64,000 bases of DNA from Dicyema japonicum (lineage: Eukaryota; Animalia; Dicyemida). The stretch is taken from NCBI GenBank assembly GCA_011109175.1, contig RDEW01000056.1:1-64000 (forward strand), read 5' to 3'. The translations under genes were made by a program, and so were the position numbers. Of the stretch, positions 12,582-23,464 are shown one piece after another; the first letter of the stretch is position 1; every line of letters begins with the position of its first letter. Under the pieces are notes generated by a model, which made no database searches, was not told the origin of the DNA, and saw nothing but the letters and a program-made list of their open reading frames with translations.

Positions 12582-13547
12582 CAGTGTTTCCCAACCTGGG
12601 TTCCGCGAAGTTCAAAAATTTTTTTAATTATTTTTTCAAAAGAATAATTTTTTAAAACGAATTAATTTAATTTGCGCGGGTCTAAATAAAGTCTTGTGAC
12701 AGTGCATATCTTAAAGTTTGATCTTATCGAGAAAGTTATATTGCCTTTTGTTTCACATGGACTGGTGACATGAATTGCCCTCTACTACTTTGTGTTGTTA
12801 GCGGTGATAAACTTGCGAATAATGCTATGGCTCCAACGAAACTTAGACGTCATTTCTCCACTAAACACCATGAACTTTCAAAGAAAAAAAAATATTTTAT
12901 GCAGAAATTGGACCAGAATAAGGTTCAAGCATCCAGTTTTCAAAAAATCTATGCTGTTGCTGAGATTGCCGCTAAAAATATGAAATCGCATTATTTCGCC
13001 GAAACTGTTATTTTTCCTGCATGCAAAGAACTAGTGAAGATAATGTTCGGAGAAATTGCTGCCGCTGAGCGCGACTTAATTGCTATTTCTAATAATTCTG
13101 TGAGCAGACGCACCAAGAATATGTCTTTATTTATTTATTAATTCCGGATACACCGAGAAAGAAGTTAAAGTAAACAACTAATTAAGTGTATCCAGTTTCC
13201 ACTTCTACAGAGTCCATCCGGAATCAGCATAAAGGGTAAGACGTCCATTACATGCAGTTGTGGAAACCCCTCCTGTGGAGTGGGGAAAAGCAAATGATCC
13301 TTTTTCATGCCGGCCTGGCACTGGGCGTCACCTAGACAGGTGGATCACATGAAGCCACTCTATTAGGAAAAGAGAGGAGGAACAGACAAGCTGGCAGAAA
13401 AATTTAACCAATTAACCACGCAGCACCACATGGCGCCACGCGGCTTATTATACTTCTTAAGACATTGAAACCACTTTAGTTTGGCGAATAAAAAATCTGT
13501 TTTTTGCGCTTCAAGTGGATGAAAGCTCAGATATTACAGGAAGAATT
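12582..13547 (+). mobile_element. hAT Buster/Charlie-type transposon, 5' part (ZBED5/ZBED8-like transposase), interrupted
   Basis: TIR CAGTGTTTCCCAACCT preceded by GTCTAGGC. Translation PLLLCVVSGDKLANNAMAPTKLRRH...KSHYFAETVIFPACKELVKIMFGE...ISNNSVSRR...ALQVDESSDITGR. Homologous to 45551-46190. Confidence 0.9.
13128..13460 (-). mobile_element. Vingi-like LINE 3' fragment nested in the Buster transposase
   Basis: Absent from the 45551 Buster copy. (AATA)n tail at 13128-13140; C..C/DHLLF knuckle remnant. Confidence 0.65.
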
Positions 13548-15240
13548 ATTATATTACTATTACCCCCTGGATCACTGAGTCAAGAGAAAAAAATACAAGT
13601 TCTCAACTAAGTGATCCCAAACAAGGAAGAGGACGAGTCCGGCGGGGTCGAGAATCCTGATCAGGTCTTTTCATCGGACAAGACATCGGCTCAAAATTTC
13701 TGCATGATTGTGGATATTTAGATATGTATGGAATAGAGGCCAGCTCGGTAAACCAGCCACCTTTAAGAGTTTCCGTTGTAATTCGATTAAAAAATTTTCA
13801 ATGTGCTGGATTTTGTGTTCTGGTCTAATTAAACATATAGCAGTCTCCTCGATTGCGATAATTTCAATGAGGAGGATCGTGAAATCTGCATTGCCCACGA
13901 AGGAGTTGCATACGTCATCGTGGGTCGGATAAATTGATCATAAATCGTGGCAAGGATCCCAGTTTGATCTCTAAGTGTTTTTGAGAGCACTTTTAAAATT
14001 CTCATTTTTTTCAGAGCAGAAGTTACTCTGTTTTCAACATGCCGGATAAAGGTGAGTCCCTGATTAAAGGTGACTCCTAGAATCTCCGGTGTTTTGTTAA
14101 TAGGAATAGCTCGTTCTTCATAAAGATTTTTGGACACAGAGCTGTCTTTTGTAAGTAGTAAACAGTATGACAAAGGACTTTGTTGCTGATGTGTCGAGCC
14201 TTCGCTTCGAGAGCTATAGTTCCAGCTTCTCAAGCATCTGTTGAGCGGACTTAATCGCTGATTGAATGCTTCTGTCCTTGAAGGCAAGAATGATATCGTC
14301 TGCATAAAAGAGGCAGTTTTCATTACAGGTTTGTGGCATGTCGTTTATGTAGAGATTGAAGAGTTGGGGTGACAGTGGGAGCCTTAAGGGACTCCATTTG
14401 GAAAGTAGCGAGATCTTGATTTGATGTTGTTGCAGAGTACTTCTGGTCGTCACCCATTTAAGAAGTTTCCAAACCAAAGCTTCAAGTTCGGATGGATGTT
14501 GGTTTCAAATATTTATTTTGTAAGGAGTTTTCTAGGTACTGAGTCAAACGCTTTTTATGATTTCCGGATATAAGGACTGTCATCTGATGGGGTTTGGGGG
14601 AGTAAAATCCTTCCGCAATGAATTGAAGGTATTGATATTGAGTCTTACTTTTTCCAGAACAAGCCTTTCAAGGATACTTGAGACCGGACTCAGAATAGAA
14701 TAGATAAGTCCAATGCAAGTATCGACGTATTCCATGAATCCTCTACAGTTCGCAAGGCTGTAATTAATAATCGTCGGACATTTCTTTTCCTCCGTGACCT
14801 TGTTTTGACCTCCAAAAATGTTGGATTGTGGTCACTTTTGGTGATATATATCACTGACCAGTCAATAAAAATAAGGTTTCAATGGATGAGGGTTATGTCG
14901 AGAGGTGTTCTTTAAGGCCCCTACCATGTTTCCCAGGTATGTTACGACGAATGGCTATGAATTCCATGAATCTTGGTGTTGCATTTTTGGGGGAAAGTTT
15001 GGATTCTTAAATTAACAACATGTCGATGTGGTGTTTTTTCAGATACTTCAGAAGTTCAAGTATCTTGTTCTTAATTCCATTTATATTGAGTTGAACTATT
15101 CTGGTGGGTTCTGGGTTTGCCTCACATCTCCACATCGGCATAGGCCTTCCTTATTGGTCCATCCCGTAAGGATAGGGAAAGTATAGCTCTTTTCTTTCAA
15201 GTACCACCACGTCGTCGGGAGCCACATGATATTTTTTGAT
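13548..15240 (-). mobile_element. Ingi/Vingi-like LINE (5' core, degenerate 2A, APE remnant, RT, C-terminus), internally deleted
   Basis: RT motifs SPLSPQLFNLYINDMP and LFYADDIIL. Closely similar to 41960-44035. (TAA)-like tail at 13548-13562. Confidence 0.9.
15165..15234 (-). ncRNA. Degenerate HDV-like ribozyme core at the LINE 5' end
   Basis: P1 AAATATC/GGTACTT (6/7 pairs) around the GTGGCTC-CC..GTGGTGG core; P2 is weak. Confidence 0.3.
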
Positions 15241-15399
15241 CGTCGAATAAAATCAGAGGAAATCACTACACACAATAAATCAAAACAGAAGACTGTAGAA
15301 GAAAACAACCGTCGTGTTAGACAATAATCATTGGACTGAGTTTAAACATATCGGTAACCAAGACACACTACGCCTCCCACGCAAGCGTGACACCTTCGT

Positions 15400-16150
15400 C
15401 ATAACAAGGAAAAAGTCAGCTGTAAAGGAATTCAAAGCGAAAAAGCTATGAATTCGAATAAAACCCGTGGGTTAAAAGTCTTCAGCGATGTCAATAGAAC
15501 ACGGTGATTGACAGCAGTCGATCTTGTCCATAACGTAAAAACGTCGAAAAAAGTGAATTTAACTTAATAAGCCCATCCAAAATTAAGCATTTCCCGAGAG
15601 AAGGTAAAGACAGTCCATCTCCATGATCCAGCCCACCGGTTCGAGAGACGACGGGAATCCAGTCGCCTCAAGAGAGTGTTTCACAACCCCGTTGATGGCT
15701 GCATTCCTCGGAACCGTCCTCTACTTAGACGGCAAGAAAGTTGGTGAAGTCCTTTGCAGTTTAAAACAGATCCACAACGGCATGGATGATTCTGGCACAG
15801 GTCGATCCCGAGACGGATAGATATCTCATTCCGAAGGGTGTCCTGTTCCAGAAGACAACTAATTGAAGATGATGGGAACGCGTTCAGCCAATCACCGCTG
15901 TGAGGGGAAGAAACTGCCAGAATGCAAGCCCTACGGTGCAAGTCTTCCATTTCCATAAGGGTCTAATGAGTATTTTTGTACAAAATGTTGGTCCAGCTCG
16001 TCAGTAGGTGTGCATCAAGAGAGGTTTCTTCTAAAGCCACCGATCATCTCTTCAACCCATCAGCAATTGTGCCGTCAGAGCCGATTTGCAAAAATCTTGA
16101 AGAATGCTCCGGATGAGAAACTCGATCCACGATTAAGAGGACATGAAAGA
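15400..16150 (-). mobile_element. CRE-clade retrotransposon 3' fragment
   Basis: HRRACILAVSSPHSGDWLNAFPSSS...RLGIDLCQNHPCRCGSVLNCKGLHQLSCRLSRGR. Confidence 0.8.
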
Positions 16151-16810
16151 TAGTAAGGAAACGTCCACAACAGAAGTTCCCAAAAATCTGACGAGTAAGA
16201 AAGCTTGCTTCAATCCAATGTTATCGAAATTTGTATTCACAATTTCTTAAATAGTTTTGGAAATTAAAATGTTGTAAATCTACAGAATACTGTCCATTAC
16301 GTATTTTCAACCTTTTTAGCGGAGATATTAAAATTTAGTGAAAGTTTTCGTGTTCTTAGTTTATAGAAGCGAATTTACATGTTTCCCTTTGAGAGCCATC
16401 TTACTTCAGTGTGCAAAATCAAAACTGAATGCATTTTCACAGAGTTCGAGAACTGTCGCTATTCGAACAGCCTCATTTTGATGTAATTAAGTATTTTTAC
16501 AACCATCTGAAGACATTTAAGATCATGCCCAATAGTTTTTGCGATCAATGCCTCGCGATGAAAAAACAATGCGTGTGAATAATGTTCGGATTCTTATTAT
16601 TCGCAATAGAGACAAAGTCTTTAAATTGCCTAGTCATTGCTGGAGCACCATCAGTGCAGATACCCACACATGCATTCCAACCCAACTTTACATCCTCAAA
16701 AATGAATTTATAAGATTGAAAATGTCATATCCCTTTGTTGTTCCGAGCAACTCTTTTCAGAAAAGAAAATCTTCAACGATGCATTCATCCTTCACATATC
16801 GAACAAAAAC
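16150..16810 (-). mobile_element. Buster transposase, middle part (inverted continuation of 12582-13547)
   Basis: VFVRYVKDECIVEDFLF..LLGTTKGYDIF...CVGICTDGAPAM...IIHTHCFFHREAL...HTEVRWLSKG; collinear with 45960-46190. Confidence 0.85.
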
Positions 16811-16819
16811 ACCATCAAA

Positions 16820-16890
16820 AAATGTCATGTGGCTCACCGACGATGTGGTGGCATTTGAAAAAAGAAAACACTTTCCCTTATCTTCACGGG
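16820..16890 (+). ncRNA. Candidate HDV-like ribozyme
   Basis: P1 16820-26 AAATGTC / 16850-56 GGCATTT (7/7 pairs). P3 ACC/GGT with 8-nt L3. P4 GAAA..TTTC. P2 only ~4 bp. Confidence 0.4.
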
Positions 16891-16917
16891 TGGACCAAGG
16901 AAGGCCTGCGCCGTTGC

Positions 16918-16944
16918 GGAGACGTTGAGGCAAACCCTGGACCA
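16918..16944 (+). other. 2A-like ribosomal skipping motif GDVEANPGP
   Basis: Exact D(V/I)ExNPGP consensus immediately before the APE domain. Confidence 0.85.
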
Positions 16945-17339
16945 ACCAGAATAGTCCAACTCAATATAAATGGAATCAAGAACAAGGTACTCGAACTTGG
17001 AACATTTTTGTAATTCATTTTACTATTGGCATATAGGGATGACAAACATATGCTTAATTTCGGATAGCTCAATGAAAACATAAATCTAAGTGAATGGACT
17101 AAACTCGCAAAGGGTTACAGACTGTGATTGAAGCGAACTGAGAACCATGTTATAAACTCCAGCACATTTTTTTACCCCAAAGTCATCGGATTAGAAAAAG
17201 TTAAAAGTTAACTACTAAGTGATCAATAAGTAATGTCCATCGCTTCTTGATTCTAGATTGGGTAACTTGTTTAATTTTTATATTTAAGGTTTTCATTTTT
17301 TTGGAAATCGTCATTTGATAATTCCTTTTGCCTCTAATT

Positions 17340-18085
17340 TATTTTTTTTCTCAAAGTGATTTGCATGCATATTATAATGGGTATTCCTTGTTTGATGGCA
17401 TTGGAATAAATAGTTTTCTTGCTTTGAGTATAATGTCCGTGAAAATTTTGATAATGTGGTCAATTGATGAGAATACCAATGTGTAAAATACTTCCATATT
17501 GGTGTCGATGTAATTAGAGAAGTTGGACCAATAATTGATGTTTGGCATTGATGTCACCGCATAGTAGTACGTTTTTGAGGTTTGATAAATTTTTTAGGTT
17601 AAGGTAACACCCACTTGGACAGGAGCTAGTAGGTGGAATATATACATTAGTTCCAAAGGGTCATCCTCTGGATAGAATTTTTCGGATTTTGGTTTGAAAC
17701 ATCTTCAGTTGAATCCATTTCTTATTAATGTCACCAGTCCTCCACCAAGCTTAATCTTTCTGTCTTTACGGATAACGGAGTATCCGGAAAAGGTTGAGGT
17801 TCGTATGTTTGCTTGTAGCTTTGTCTCTTGGACTAGAGCAATGTCAATTTCATTACTATTGAGTAAGTGGAGACTTCCAGCACCTTGTTTCGTATTCGTT
17901 AATATTGATCTGGACCAGGTTGATTTCAGGGCCTGGGTTGGATTCGATTTCACACAAAATTAGAGCGTACCTGGAAAACCATCCTCCTTCATGGATAGAG
18001 ATAGGGAAGGTGTAGTTCTTTTTAACATCATGTGATGCATAACACCACCATACAGGTGAACCACGCGGAAACTTTTCCAGCACAT
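17340..18085 (-). mobile_element. Vingi-like LINE 5' fragment (2A variant EIESNPGP plus APE)
   Basis: ILCEIESNPGPEINLVQINI...DIALVQETKL...YSVIRKDRKIKLGGGLVTLIR. Confidence 0.8.
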
Positions 18086-18358
18086 TCGGCCAATTTAGTC
18101 AATAATGATACTGCACTTTACGAAAAGCCATATTAGCTCCTCCAGATATGACACACGTTTTATTTAAGGTAAAGAACAGTTATGATAATCGTTGAACCAA
18201 GGAATGCTCTTCAATTCATTTTTCATTTTGTTGGGTCTTTTGTAGACGATCCTGTTCCGCAGTGAGATTTTCACTGATGCACTCAGTTTGGCAACTGACT
18301 TTTATGAGACTCGTTTAACAAGTTAATTCAATATAATATTAAATAAGTGGTTAAAATA

Positions 18359-19128
18359 TTATGAGTACTCCTTCACTGCACTTTTCAGCACGTCTTCAGG
18401 ATTTTCTAGAAAAAGCTTATGTGAGACCACATGCAACCTCAGGGATCGGAAATTTGGTTGGATTTACGGCCTCGTCTCGGTTTATAATCATAGACCTTTC
18501 CACATTTTGGTACCCATCCTTCCAAAATCCGTCGTAGATCTGTCCTGAGTCGAGAAAGTAAAATATTCCGTGACCGTTTTTAAGATCTTCTTTCCATAAT
18601 CCCTCATATCTATTCTCGTTGACCATTCTATGCATTCCGGTCCCCGATCTGAGATCGTTCTTCCAATTCCCCTTCATATATCTCCCCATTAGCGTAGTAC
18701 ATTTTCCCCCATCCATTCCGTTTGTTTATCCCTCCACTTTCCATCATAAATGGAACCGTTTGAATAATAACGGATTCTTGGCCCTGTGGTCTCAAACACA
18801 GTTACATGTCTCTTATCGTCCTTCCAATATTCCCGAGTACTCAACTCTGAGGAGTCGACGGTCCCTTTGATCTTGAACTAAAGGTCCCAATTCCACATCT
18901 TTTTTCCGTCCATCCATTTCTCCGTTTATACACGTCTCCGTTTTTCCATTTGAAGACCCCCTTGCCGTGCTTGAGGTTATTTCTCCATTCTCCCGTGTAT
19001 TCTGAATCCATTGACAAGTAAATCGTTCTATGGAGCCCATTTTTCTGAGCTTTGGCGTCCCATTCATTCAGTAGTCCCTTACTTTTGACTTGTTCCTTTA
19101 AAAACGGCATTATTTCCCTGTTCTTCAT
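18359..19128 (-). CDS. MORN3: MORN repeat-containing protein 3
   Basis: EWDAKAQKNGLHRTIY...EYTGEWRNNLKHGKG, tandem YEGxWxxDxxxGxG repeats, C-terminus PTKFPIPE|LFLENPEDVL. 22-nt introns at 18784-18805 and 18416-18437. Several 1-nt homopolymer indels. Confidence 0.85.
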
Positions 19129-19152
19129 GGTAACAAAAATTTTATTTTAAAT

Positions 19153-19943
19153 TACCGTATTTGCCGGTGTATAAGTCGACCTTTTTCGATCAAATCGATC
19201 TAAAAAAATCGACCTAATCTTACCGAGTCATGAAATTCAACTTCGTATTCATCGCGTCAAATGTGATGGTAATTACTAAACTCTTCACGAAAAATTCTTG
19301 CAACCCAATGCAACACAGCTAGCAGTGATCCCAAGAAACAAATGTGCTAATAGAGGGAAAAGCTGACAGTAGCCAGCACATGAACAAGATCTTGTATGAT
19401 GGGTCGAGGAGCAACGAAAGTGTGGGTTCGTCATCACAAGAAATATGATTTGTCTGCGAGCTTTGGTTTGTGCCAAACAAAGCAAGATTACCGACTTCAA
19501 AGGAACTAGAAGTTGGTGTTCACGATTTTTAAAGAGAAGTGACCTTGTGCTACGACAAAGAACTAAACTTGCTCAGAAACTGCCTGAAGATTTAGAGGAA
19601 AAGATAACTCTCTTTCAATCCATCGTAATCAAGATGAGAAAGAAAGAACAATATGACTTATTGCAAATTGGAAATATGGACGAAACACCAGTATGGTTTG
19701 ATATGCCTACATCGAAAACTGTATCTGCCAAAAATGAAGAAAACTGTTTTCGTGAGAAATAGTGACGATGAATACTGATTTTGAACTCTATGTAAGCACT
19801 TTATAATTCTAATTTATTGTTTCCTAACTAAAAATAAATCACTTTCTAAGAGTGTTCATTGTTGTTAGTCTCTCTCTCGCGTAATATCACAGGGTTGTAA
19901 AATAAATAGTAGGGGGTCGACTTATACACAGGGAAATACGGTA
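19153..19943 (+). mobile_element. pogo-family (POGK/Passer-like) DNA transposon, internally deleted, TA TSD included
   Basis: TIRs TACCGTATTTGCCGGTGTATAAGTCGAC / GTCGACTTATACACAGGGAAATACGGTA. CENP-B HTH WCSRFLKR and first catalytic Asp in IGNMDETPVWFDMP. Confidence 0.92.
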
Positions 19944-20090
19944 AAATAACTAAAAGTTTCACAAACACATGTCAAATTACGATCACTTCGAACTTTCCGT
20001 TACAAATAAGTAGACTTAGTTAAGTTTTTATTTAATTGCAATTTTTTAATTTAAATATATTATTAATAAGTTAAAAATGTTCTTGTTGTG

Positions 20091-20767
20091 ATGGATCAAA
20101 ATGTACCAGATTTTTCTACTATTCCAATGCCTCCCTACAAGTATTTTCAAAAATACGAGGGTGAGCACGTTAGATCATTCCCAACTCCTCCCCCTACTCC
20201 ACTCAAAAATGTATGTCCTTAAATATCACTTTCAGGAACCATATGTAATGTTTGGTGTTACCTACTGCAATTCCAACGACATAAATCCACCTCTCCAATC
20301 AAAAAAATTGGTCGATATTCCCCCATCAAAATTGGGCGTAAAGTCGGAAATTCACAAGCTCCACCATTCTATTCTCGTCAACTTCCTAGATATCATCACC
20401 ATCCTAACAGACAGTCCCTCCTCTGACGAGCGGATCGAGAAGGTCCAGGACTTAGAGACGCTTTTTTCCAACATCAGCAATCTCATAAACGAGTATCGAC
20501 CCACCAGGCCCGAGAATACATTGTGGAGATGCTCAGACAGCAGTCAACTCAGAGATCAGAGGTCCTCGAGATGCTTGGATCAATTACTGAAGATATTCAG
20601 ACTCAGATGTGCGGAATAGTCGAGACCGCTAGAGTATCTGATGTCCCCCTATCTCCCCTATGAGTCCCCCAAAGTCGAAAAATGGACCCATTTGCAGGAA
20701 AAATGATCCAGAAGAGGAGGATGTGTTGGCCTTTATCACCTCCGTGATGACTCGGGGACATACGTGA
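20091..20767 (+). CDS. MED7: Mediator of RNA polymerase II transcription subunit 7
   Basis: MDQ..STIPMPPYKYF...PYVMFG...EIHKLHHSILVNFLDIITIL...DLETLFSNISNLINEYRPHQARE. 25-nt intron 20211-20235. Indels in C-runs; 3' end approximate. Confidence 0.88.
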
Positions 20768-20932
20768 CTGACTTAAATTTATCATTTCTATTAGCCTTAT
20801 TTGTAAGATAACCTTGTTAGTGGTTGTTAAGTTAGATTAGCACGTTCTGATTGGTTGAGGACCCCCCGGAATTTCCCACATGCGCGTAAAGCTTGATTTC
20901 TGCGGAGAGTTGAGGGATTTTTATTAGGTTAG

Positions 20933-21741
20933 TTATCTCCAATGTTGGGGTAAGTATATTTCGGTCTGTCTGAATAATCTGGTTGATTTCTTTGATGTCA
21001 GTATTGGTAGTTGAGTGACATTCACATGGTTTGACATGGTCTTCCTTGGTTCCAGTAGCTGACGTATAATTATTTGGGTTGGCATTGTCGTTCTCTACAT
21101 GAGTTGTTGATAGAGAGTCACCTGGATTTGAAAGGTTTTCATAGATCGAAGAATCGAGGATAAGTCATGTGGGGCGAGAAAAGTATCCTTGGCCAACTCC
21201 TGATAGACCGGAGTCTCCTCAAGGCAAGGTTTTTCAATTTGTTCGACTGAGTCTTCATTTTGGAGAGTCGTTGATATGTCCTCGGGAATACAAGAGACTT
21301 CGTCAGGTGGATCAGAATTGGAACAGGAGAAATCCAGCAAGAAGTCTAAGGTCACATTGGATTCTGTGGAGGCCGAGGTCAGAAATCTCATGTACTCATT
21401 GTTGATCATTTTATAGCAAGCAGAATTGGAATTCAACCTCAATTCTGTATTCCGTGAAATCCTGTCAGCATGAAATAACTCAATTTGGCTCTTCATGGAA
21501 GCAAAGGCATAGCGCGTGGACTGGTCAGTGACCGTGTTGATAAAATCGGTTTCTTTGTCAATGTCAGAGTACCGTTCTGTGGCAACTCCATAGGAACACA
21601 GTAAAAGATCCTTGCCAGTCTTTAACGGTATACGAGTAGTCATGTGACTAAAACAGGTGATTTGAGGATATTCCGATTTATGAAGTTCTTGTTAGGGTTG
21701 AAGAAAAAGAGTTCTGAGGAGACCCTTTTGCTGGTTGACAT
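20933..21741 (-). CDS. Unidentified protein; weak resemblance to Rad21/Rec8 kleisins
   Basis: 182-aa ORF 21095-21643 with gene-like composition between MED7 and SHQ1. Candidate 27-nt intron 21095-21121. RIPLKTGKDLLL resembles the kleisin N-terminal LxTxxxLLL motif. Both ends are uncertain (alternative stop at 20832). Confidence 0.55.
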
Positions 21742-21903
21742 TGTGGCCGAGGACAAAACTGGGATTTATATAAACTAATTCTCTGATGAATAATATATTT
21801 ATTATTTTATTCACCGAGGAATAATGATTTTTTTAATAATATTTATGAATTTAATAAATCAATAAATTAAACAAATTTGAATAAATCACATTTCTTGTGT
21901 AAA
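21742..21903. promoter_or_regulatory. Putative bidirectional promoter (162 bp)
   Basis: Head-to-head ATGs at 21741(-) and 21904(+) with an AT-rich spacer. Confidence 0.4.
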
Positions 21904-23250
21904 ATGATAGTTCCACGTTTTTGGCTCGAACAAGACGACAGATTTGTCTATATTTACATAAAAATAGTCCACATACGTGTAATGACCACATATTTAATAG
22001 ATAAGGTTCACAATACTGAAATACTAATATCAGATGACAACACTTTTATCTTCAACTGTGACCCTTATTTTCTCAGGCTCAATTTCCATAATGGGATAGT
22101 CCCCAACAGAAACGGTGACTGTGATTGCTCATATGACGTTGAGCAGGTAAAATTGATAAATAAGGCAGGCGTGATTAAGTTTTCTGTACTAAAACAGACG
22201 AACGGAGAATTCTTTGACGACCTAGAAATGCTGACACAACTTATGACCAAACCTCATGGTGTCGCGCCTGGAAAATCTTGGATTGAAGAACTTGACACTG
22301 AACCATATATCGAGGTCACTGACGACTGTGGTCCTCGTCTCACAGAAGGGTATGGATTTGGTGGAAGACAAAACTTATGTGAGAACAACGAGATCTTCAG
22401 TCAGGTGTGTTTCTAGTAATTCCAGCCTGATTACTCGGACGTGTTTGACCACTCTTGTGTGTTGAAAGGAGTTGAAGTTAGGGAGTCCGTCGAGGATGCT
22501 CACTTCAGCGATGAGCACTATGTGTAATCTTTGTTGCTATTCAGAGTGGACATGATTGACGAGGATAAAGAGATTTCTGCTCTTTGTGTCCCCTGGGATC
22601 AGGACGTACATGCATTCAGTGAGGCAGAGTTGGATGTCCTCAAAGATCTACCCAAAAGAAGCTGTAGTTATAAGTGATTAATCTCAGATCTGTTGGACAG
22701 GCACGAATACTGCCTGGTGACTCTAGGACTCGTGGATATTCTACTGGCGTGCTCCTATGAAAATGTGGCGACCGGGGGAGAGTTTAATGTGCTGTCTAGG
22801 TGTCATTCTAGGTTGAATCCCCATGGACAGTTTCGAGGGTGAGCGCCACATTGAGCTGTTGTGCCAAATTCGAGAATTTTGATCAAGTTGTAAGGTCCTT
22901 CGCTAGGAGGTGTCTGTGCTACCCGTTGTATCGCAGTAGGAAGCTAGTGGAGCACGCGCGTGAATATGCTCTGTGGGTTATGGAATGTAAGTGTGTGAAT
23001 GACTGTGATAGCTCGTGTGAGAGTGTTGAAGTGTCTACTACATGTACGTGGTATTTTCGTGACAGATGTGGGTCATTACTATGTGTTAAACGATATTTTT
23101 ATGAATGACTACTGCGTGTGGGTGCAGTCGTTTGGAGGGTTGACAGAGTTGAGAGAACAGTTGAGGCGATGTGAGATTGATTGGCAAGAGGTTGGCTTTG
23201 GGATTCCTCAGTTGGAGATTGCAGCCACTCTTATTAGTAGTGGAGTGTGA
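21904..23250 (+). CDS. SHQ1: H/ACA RNP assembly chaperone SHQ1
   Basis: MIVPRFWLEQDD..FIFNCDPYFLRL (CS domain)...FDDLEMLTQL...GYGFG...ESPWTVSRVSATLS...RRCLCYPLYRS...YVLNDIFMNDYCVWVQ. Introns 21979-22005, 22147-22164/68, 22405-22425, 22524-22544, 22664-22687, 22789-22811, 22987-23011. Confidence 0.93.
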
Positions 23251-23464
23251 TTGGATGTTTTATAATTTGCTTTTCTATGTATTTATTGGTGGTAGTAATT
23301 TACTATGGTCTAGTACAGGGCTCGGCCAATACTTTTGGAGAAGAGCCACTTTTTGACATTTCTGCAAATTACGAAAAATTGAAGAGCCATTTTTTATTTG
23401 CTTACCAATCAAAAGTCCAATAAAAAAATTTATACAAATTTTTTTAATTCATAAAATGAATCTG

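Larger units (their letters stand above)
16813..17013 (+). mobile_element. Vingi-like LINE 5' end (ribozyme-like core, intact 2A, APE start)
   Basis: MSCGSPTMWW...GLRRCGDVEANPGP then TRIVQLNINGIKNK (APE motif I). Confidence 0.85.

Noticed and set aside
17030-17330. Possible transposase-derived sequence
   Set aside because: No diagnostic motif is recoverable in any frame.
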